From: Eledone cirrhosa
Lineage: Eukaryota
Assembly: GCA_964016885.1 (NCBI GenBank)
Contig: OZ024741.1
Location: 63,798,001 to 63,862,000 of the forward strand
Length of the DNA stretch: 64,000 bases
Direction of reading: 5' to 3'
Shown here in pieces: positions 56,415 to 64,000 of the stretch. The notes under the pieces are model-generated. The model did not search any database. It was not told the DNA's origin and worked only from the letters and a program-made list of their open reading frames with translations. Positions within the stretch are counted from its first letter, which is position 1. Each line of letters begins with the position of its first letter. Position numbers and translations under genes: made by a program.

Positions 56415-56662
56415 GTGGGAAAGTAAAAAATCGGAGAATAGACCGTTAAAACATGTTTATTTAAAACAGCACCTAGGTACGTTTCGCCCAGTTGGGCTTC
56501 TCAAGGGCATAAATAATCACAACTGTTCCTTATATTGCTCGGAAAGAGTTTTGGGGGTTAAATCCACATCAAGGTTCATTGCTCGCAAAAATATCTTGTT
56601 TTGATTTTGCAGCAGGTCAAGGGAGGTAACTCTGGCCGGTGTTAGGGCAGTCTTTCCCGGAC
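56415..56662 (-). mobile_element. Solo pLTR of the family-G PLE (contains the U3-A8 hammerhead)
   Basis: Reverse complement of 35236-35485. Confidence 0.8.
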
Positions 56663-56717
56663 AATCTTTTTTTTTGCCGCATCTGTTTGTATATATATAT
56701 ACATATATATATATACA

Positions 56718-56824
<107 letters not shown>

Positions 56825-57120
56825 ATATATATATATTTATATATATATATATACATATATATATACATGTATATATATATGTGTGTGTGCGTGTTTGTAT
56901 GTGTGTATTGTGTGCGTGCAGGTGTATGTATGTGTATGCATATATCTGTATGCTTGTCTATCAATTTCTAATTCTTTCTCTATATCCACCCATCTATTCA
57001 TATTTTTTCCTTCATTCTATCTTTCTATAACTTATTCCTTCTCTATATCTATAATATTACTACCTATGTTTCATATTTTCTTCATTTATCCCTATCTTAT
57101 CTACGTGCTATTTCTTAAAT

Positions 57121-57152
<32 letters not shown>

Positions 57153-57254
57153 ATCCATATATCTGTACATACATCATTCTCTTAATCCCGCCTCTATTAC
57201 TTTCTTACGATGACTTTCAAGATTCTAGTATGTCTATCTTTCCAGCATAGTTAC

Positions 57255-57373
57255 GGTCTGAGTTCAAATTCCGCCGAGGTTTACTTTGCCTTTCATCCTT
57301 ACGGAGTCGATAAAATAAAGTACCAGTAATGCACTGGGTAATTGCTGGCCTTGTGCCTAAAGTAGAAACAATT
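57255..57373 (+). mobile_element. SINE copy
   Basis: Box B gagttcaaattcc followed by gcctttcatccttacggagtcgataaaataaagtaccag. Confidence 0.85.
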
Positions 57374-57884
57374 ATCTTATTACACGAAGTAATGTTAAAT
57401 ATTTACATTTATTTATATTCAAATCTGATGATGATTTGACAGTTTTACCAAATCTGGCTTGCAAAATATATCAAATCTGACTTGCAAATAAATGAGTGAA
57501 ATGTAGATATTTGAAGGAATTGATTAAAATGTCTACAAGAGTGTAATTAAAAATAGTGGAGGTGTTAAAAACAAACAAATCTCATAGTTGAGAAAATTGG
57601 TGTATCCAATGTATGATAAGAACGATAAAGAGAAAGGAGAAAATTAGACATGGCGTGCAGTTTCGTTCAATAATTGGGCATTTCTTTGGGTTAGAGGTGA
57701 TTGATAAAAACTACCGCCGTCAAATGTAATCGAGTATGACTTGGTAGTATGTAGCATACTTTTGCTATGCGTTTTAAGGAGCCATAAAGTCTCGAGCAAG
57801 CGCAGACACCAACACGACCCGCCTTTTGTTCCAGAAAAACATCCCGTATATGACAGCTGGAGGGAAAGTGTGAAGCAGTAGTAC

Positions 57885-58015
57885 AATGCTGGTACCTTCT
57901 TTATCGACTTCGAAATGATAAAAGGTAAAGTGTACCTCGGTAGGATTTGAACTCAGAATACAGAGTCCAGGAACAAACATCCAATATTCTAACGTCTCAA
58001 CCAAATCGACCACCT
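57885..58015 (-). mobile_element. Degenerate SINE copy
   Basis: ctggtaccttctttatcgac...ggatttgaactcagaa. Confidence 0.65.
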
Positions 58016-58019
58016 TGCG

Positions 58020-58400
58020 TCTTCTTCTTCTTCTTCTTCTTCTTCTTCTTTATTCCTGAAAGGGTCGTGGGGACAGAGTCCTGAAACACTCCTTCCAATG
58101 GATCCCATCAGGAGCAACCGTTTCCAACTGATCCGGCTGGTTTCCCAAGCGAGACCAACCTAGCTTAGAAATGGTATCCAACCATCTTGATCGGAGACTA
58201 CACCTGGGTCACCTGCCAGTTTGCTCCTGTATTCTTTCCAGACATTCTTAGATCTCTGAATTCGGAAAAGTAACGGATCTGCCTAGTGCGACACTCTGAT
58301 CTCCGAGATACGCACTCTGTTGAGTAACGTGACTGCGAAGACCCTTCGGAGAAATCCCATTTCGGCCGCTTGTATTCGAGATCATAATCTTTTGGTCATT
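58020..58400 (-). mobile_element. RTE-like LINE 3' fragment with (GAA)n tail
   Basis: Minus strand RIQAAEMGFLRRV...GR*PRCSLRSRWLD...PTTLSG, then (GAA)n. Confidence 0.65.
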
Positions 58401-58970
58401 CCTTAAGATTTATATGTAGTAAGGTTAAATGTATATTTATTATTCGTAAATCTATTTACAATTTCGTCGGGGAATAGGAAATTATTTAAAATATACTTTC
58501 TTTATATATGTTTACTGCATTTTGTACCTGTAAACACTCTCACATTTACATACATATGTGTGTGTGGTGGGTGAGGAGGGGCACGATTTTGCACTGTCTC
58601 CAGAACTGGTAAAAGAAGACTTCTTAACAACACATGCATTCCTGTTATGAAATGAAATGTCAGATATATAATTATTCGGATTGAGCTAATTTTATTCTAA
58701 GATTACTAAATGGTAAAGAAAATACAGTCAAATGAATTCTATGTGAAGGGAATATCGAAGCATGTTATTCATTTCCCTATAACGATAAATCACTTCTATT
58801 GACATTTGAAATAATCTAAGCAATGCATATTGTCTCGAGAGAGTAATTCGTTAAATTGGACAAAATATAATTGAAATATGATACGTTATTTCACGTCTAC
58901 TTATTTTGAAGTAAGTAGATGTTTAAATTAATTGTTAAAAAATACATAAATTCTTCTAAATATATGTATA

Positions 58971-59014
<44 letters not shown>

Positions 59015-59249
59015 ATTGTGTGTGTGTTTAGTTTAGTAGCAAAAGCACATTTTCAATTGATACATACTCACCAACTTTTAAGTACATTCTCACACAATCG
59101 TGCATTTATGAATATAAATATATGTCGCATTTTTGTATAAATTTGCATGTAAATCCGTGAAATAAAATTCTTGTATTAGTATTGCATACCATGTTGTGAG
59201 AAATGTGTAAAATTTATGACATGTGTTTGAGCGTATATAGTTAGCAATA

Positions 59250-59400
59250 TAGGCGAGGAAATTGTAGAGTCGTTAGAATGTCGAGTATAATGCTTTGCCG
59301 TATTTGTTCCAATTCTCGGTGATCTGGGTTCAAATTATGCCATTGTCACCTTTCATCCTTTCAAAATCGATAACAAAAAGTGCCAATTCAGTACTGTAAT
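59250..59400 (+). mobile_element. Degenerate SINE copy
   Basis: ggcgagg...gagtcgttaga...gggttcaaatt...ctttcatcctttc. Confidence 0.55.
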
Positions 59401-61667
59401 CGAATATTCATCTATATTTCTTTCTCATTTCCTTTCATTCTCCCTGCCCTTCTTTGGAAGAAATCGGCTGTGTTCAGGCTTGTTGCTGGGATGAGCTCTA
59501 CTAGGCTTAGAATGCCCAAGGAATATATGTCACTCCGGCTCCCCTACAACTTCACAAGAAGTTACAAGTTCATACATACATATAGTTAACAATACAATTT
59601 ATTCTATAGAATGTTTTCAATATGCTAGTTAGAGTGGCTCAATTGGGACCCCAGTTGAGCACATCTCTGATCGTATGCGGTCATACCTTTTTTTACATAT
59701 GCAAATTACATTTTCCCTTCCTATGCATTTTAAGACGATATGGGTTCGATTTAAGGGAGTTTTAGCTATTATTTCTAGCAGACTAAGGAGACAGAGTAGA
59801 GGTTCCCTCGTTGGCTCGATACTCTGTGTTAAATGGCTAAGGAAAAATTCTAGAATGCTGTAAAATTGACTTGTAACATTCAAAATGTTATTATTTCTTA
59901 GTGTCAGCTCAACCCATTGGAGGTAACATATGAAAAACGAGATACATGTTATGATCACACTGTCCCTTTTTTAATATTAAGAGTTACATTTCCCTGGATA
60001 TCCTTCTTTTTGAAGACAGGTTAATATTTGAAAGAAATCTAGTTGCAATTTCTTTTAAATAGCTTGACCCCATAGATGCTCCCTTGTTGACTCGTGGTTA
60101 ATGTAAACCTGAAAGATGAGATGCTGTAGGAATAATGATAAAAGGAGAGCCTAGGTCGAATGCAATTAGCTATGTTTTAGAAGCAAAAATCTCCGGAGTT
60201 GATGAAGAATTAAAGAAGAAACAATGCGTCTGACAAACGAATATTTATTTTATATCGTATTTGGTAAACAATAGCGTCGTCGCCCACTTGTTTCTGGTTA
60301 GAAAATTAATGGTTCACTGCATTTTTGACGGTTTGAGGAATTTATCACTCGGTATAGATCAAAATGTAAAATAATGCAAAATACTTCGTTCGAAAAACAT
60401 CAGGTCTCTAATTTTCACGCTGTTGTTTATACATGAATACATAGAAATATAAAAGGGGGAAGTGAACTCTTCTGAGTATAATACAATACAAATATAACTT
60501 CATTTCTAGTTATTATTTCTAGCAAGGCAAGGAGACCAATTAGAGGCTTCCTCAATATCTCTTAAAACTAAAGACATTATTATTAAGGAAACACGAGCGC
60601 GTACAATAAAGCTACTGATAAACAATGAGCTTATGAAGAATTCTAGAATGCTGCAAGAAGGGCTATAAATGTTATTGCTTAACTCCAGGTCAACCCATTT
60701 GCGGTAACCCATTTGAGGTAACCCATTTGAGGTAACCCTCCGTCCATTCAGATGAAAAAAAATTATGATCCATCACTTCCAATTACAACACACATATATG
60801 TATATAGTTACATGGAGATAGATAATGTCCATACACGAACAATATGTCAAGAGCAAAAAAAAATCTATTCAAAGGGTATTTAGATATTCCACCATATTCG
60901 AAACATCAGATCAAGAAATATGCATAATAAACCAAATATTAATAACACGCGATAATAGGCCAAATGATAGAAAAATACACCGCATAATCAGACAACACAA
61001 ACCACACATACCGTATAATATATATAAAGTAAATGCGTGCTAACACTAAAAAAGGAGAACATATCACACACATTATAAAACAGAACACTCTCACGGGTTT
61101 CAGTATGTTTCTACTACACGTAGAAATTACAATGTACTACACCGAAACAAACTAGATGAGAAAATATTATTGAACAACATATCAATCATCCTAACAATTC
61201 CGAGGAAATACTCATAACACATCCCACCATACTAAAATAAACGCATAAACAAAGTAGACATAGATACCTAACTGGTGATTATCAAATGGTCAAAATACGA
61301 ACTGAGGACGTGATATCGATGTTGGCCCTGTCTACAATAAAAGGCAGAAATAAACTTCAACTTTCCTTCAAACTGAAGATAAGACTATGAAAGTCTCGAA
61401 CTATTGCTAATGTACATATTTAGGAATTCTTTTGTTTCAAACAAATTGCAACGAACTTATTCAAGAGTACAAAGAAATTGATTATAGAGGAAAAATGTAG
61501 AAAATAGATGTGTTTTTATTACACACACACACTCACACACTCCCATACACACACACTCACACACTCCCATACACACACACACACTCCCATACATACACAC
61601 ACATATATATATATATATATTTAAATATTTATATATACACACACATGTATATATTTATATACATAAA

Positions 61668-61699
<32 letters not shown>

Positions 61700-62171
61700 T
61701 AGAAAGATCGAGTATCGAAAAATCGGCGCACGAGTTCACGATAAACAATATTTGAAATGAGCGGCAGAGGGCTCAATAATTCAGATGAATCAGAGCTATA
61801 ACTATCGTTAAAATACCGTCACACATAGAACAAGTCTAAAATCAACCATACGATAAAAAATCGATAATAGAAGATTCGGGACAATCAGATAAAAAATATC
61901 AATAAAACAATACATCAATAATTTAAATGAATGTAAAATCATACCCGGACCCACTAGAAAGGTGTTAAATCTAGCTTCTTGGGTTTCTGTAAATCCTTAG
62001 ACTGTACTCTATCAGCTCACATATAAATATATAAGACTTCTAGAGCAAGCGGAATGGAAATTTACTTCATCAACGAGCTTTTTCCTAGCGGATAAGAGGC
62101 TAACTACAAGCGAAATACGCACATGGAATCCGGCAAGGGAGATAACCTCTACATCCGCGAAAACTATTCGA

Positions 62172-62249
<78 letters not shown>

Positions 62250-62267
62250 AGAACTATATTTATAATA

Positions 62268-62937
62268 CAGTGCATCTTCGCTTATCCGGATATCGCTTTT
62301 CCGAAATTCGATTTACCGGACGGCTATTTCTATACTACCTCCGGATGAGGAGGACTTGATTTCGGCAGACGGACAGATTCAGGCAACATTTCTTCCGGCG
62401 AACGTTATGTCACTTATTCAACCAATGGACCAGGGACTTTTGGAAACACTAAAGCAAATTTACAGAAAACAATCGCTGCGGGATTTGATCGGAAAAGAGG
62501 ACACAGGAATGATTTCATTTTTACGTGCGATAAACATGAGGGAGGTGGTTGACCGTTCAGCTGTTGCGTGGAAATGGTAGCGGGAAATGGTAGCGGAACG
62601 ACGAGCTTCGGCGCGAAAACAATCTTCTATTTATTCATTTTTATAAAAGTACTAACTTTTTTATGGTTTGACTCAATTCAGTTTTACCAAGTTTTTAGTT
62701 ATTCTTATGTTTGTTTAATTAATTTTCTCATAAATTCTAGCTGTTCTTTTGTTATTCTAATAAACTTTCTTTACTTAGCATTTTTATTTTATTTTGACTA
62801 AAAGAAGCCAAAACATTAGAAACCACGAGCATTATGAAACAATGGGATTTTAGAATTCACTTATCCGGATATTTCACTTAACCGGATCTTTTTCTAACTG
62901 TTTGGTTTTGACCGCACGGATAAGCGAAGATTCACTG
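62268..62937 (+). mobile_element. pogo/Tigger (Tc1-mariner) internally deleted element
   Basis: TIRs CAGTGCATCTTCGCTTATCCG / CGGATAAGCGAAGATTCACTG, TA flanks on both sides, and DDE_1 fragment FLPANVMSLIQPMDQG. Confidence 0.9.
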
Positions 62938-63166
62938 TAGCTGTCGGATAAAAGACACAAGTAATTAATATATATTCTACTGTAGGTGTTAGCTGTCTCT
63001 TGTTTGACTTAGAATGTATCATCTTCGCACGAAAGATACGTCCATAATTAAGAATGTATTATCAATTTTTAATCTTATTTATTTTTTCACAGTATGAATT
63101 TTGCATATTTCATATAGATACGTATCTAAGTTTGCGTATGTAAATGTATATGTATATATGTTTAAC

Positions 63167-63235
<69 letters not shown>

Positions 63236-63451
63236 AAATAAGTTATTGGGATAAAAAATGGGGGGGGGGGACATATAAACAGACACGAAGGGTGAAGCAT
63301 TAGTAAATCATCTAACCACCCTCCTCCCATCCTCAACTCTATAGTGAGGAGCGTCTCTCATAGAATCTGGAGGCTTTCAGCTAACGAAGATATATTTAAC
63401 AGCACTGCAGAGTACTATAACAGTGTGCTGGCAGCGTCTGGCTATAATAAT

Positions 63452-63637
63452 TGTTTCTACAGTTGACACAAGGCCAGCAATTATCCCAGTGCATTACTGG
63501 TACTTTATTTTATCGACCCCGTAACGATGAAAGGCAAAGTTAACCGCGGCGGGATTTGAACTCAGATCATAAAGGGCCGTAACTTTTTGCGGCAAAGCAT
63601 CACGTCCGACCCTCTACCGATACTGCCAATCCACCGT
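63452..63637 (-). mobile_element. Near-complete tRNA-derived SINE with a flanking direct repeat
   Basis: Reverse strand has box A tggcagtatcgg and box B gagttcaaatccc; cgtctggctataataat occurs on both sides (63435 and 63635), consistent with a TSD. Confidence 0.85.
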
Positions 63638-64000
63638 CTGGCTATAATAATAAAATCTCTTACATCCAGGCTGTTAACTCATCTAAAATCCCATTTAATA
63701 TTAATAACATAATCGCACAACGCACTAACCTTATTAACGATCAGATTAATAAAAATAGACTAGAATAAATTATTAGCTCTGAGAAATGTCACCATAGTGA
63801 TAGAATAGCTAGGTCCTGCCATAATAACCAACCTTCCTCCCCTAATAAAGTTGGAGCAACTAACCTAGATATATTCCCTGCTTATCGATTATAGACGCAA
63901 TAATGGGGGTGGACTGCTACCTACGCCTACTAATAAGCAGTTATCTCCCATTACATTGAACGATCGTGGGTTTACCTCCCCTTTAGGAAGTGACTGTTTC

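Noticed and set aside
61370-61412. Hammerhead-like CTGAAGA-TAAGAC..GTCTC-GAAC
   Set aside because: GAAA is broken and stems I and III do not pair convincingly. The same applies to partial motifs at 11639, 49436, 55220 and 55947.
63452-63637. tRNA gene
   Set aside because: Box A/B belong to a SINE head; there is no complete cloverleaf and there are many truncated copies.
63690-64000. APE-like remnant (RRNNGGGLL)
   Set aside because: A single weak motif at the window edge; not enough to call.

Overview
AT-rich eukaryotic (animal) genomic DNA, almost entirely repeats. The dispersed tRNA-derived SINE, the RTE-type LINE and the extreme (TA)n/(CA)n density resemble Octopus/cephalopod DNA; this is inference and was not checked by a search. 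No host gene can be supported, and most listed ORFs are microsatellite artefacts. Recognisable elements are several Penelope-like elements (PLEs, RT + GIY-YIG), including an uninterrupted 594-aa ORF; RTE, CRE-like, R4/Dong-like and HERO-like non-LTR fragments; a Helitron remnant; hAT and pogo/Tigger remnants; about 14 SINE copies; and a 4.2-kb 34-bp minisatellite. The main hidden signal is about 20 type-I hammerhead ribozyme (HHR) motifs from at least 8 sequence families, read by eye on both strands. They include a near-perfect 310-bp tandem array with one minimal HHR per unit (retrozyme-like, predicted to release 310-nt monomers or circRNAs), two families with a covariant U3-A8 core, and several fold-back cassettes embedded in (TA)n. 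All ribozyme calls are manual structure readings and are untested for activity.
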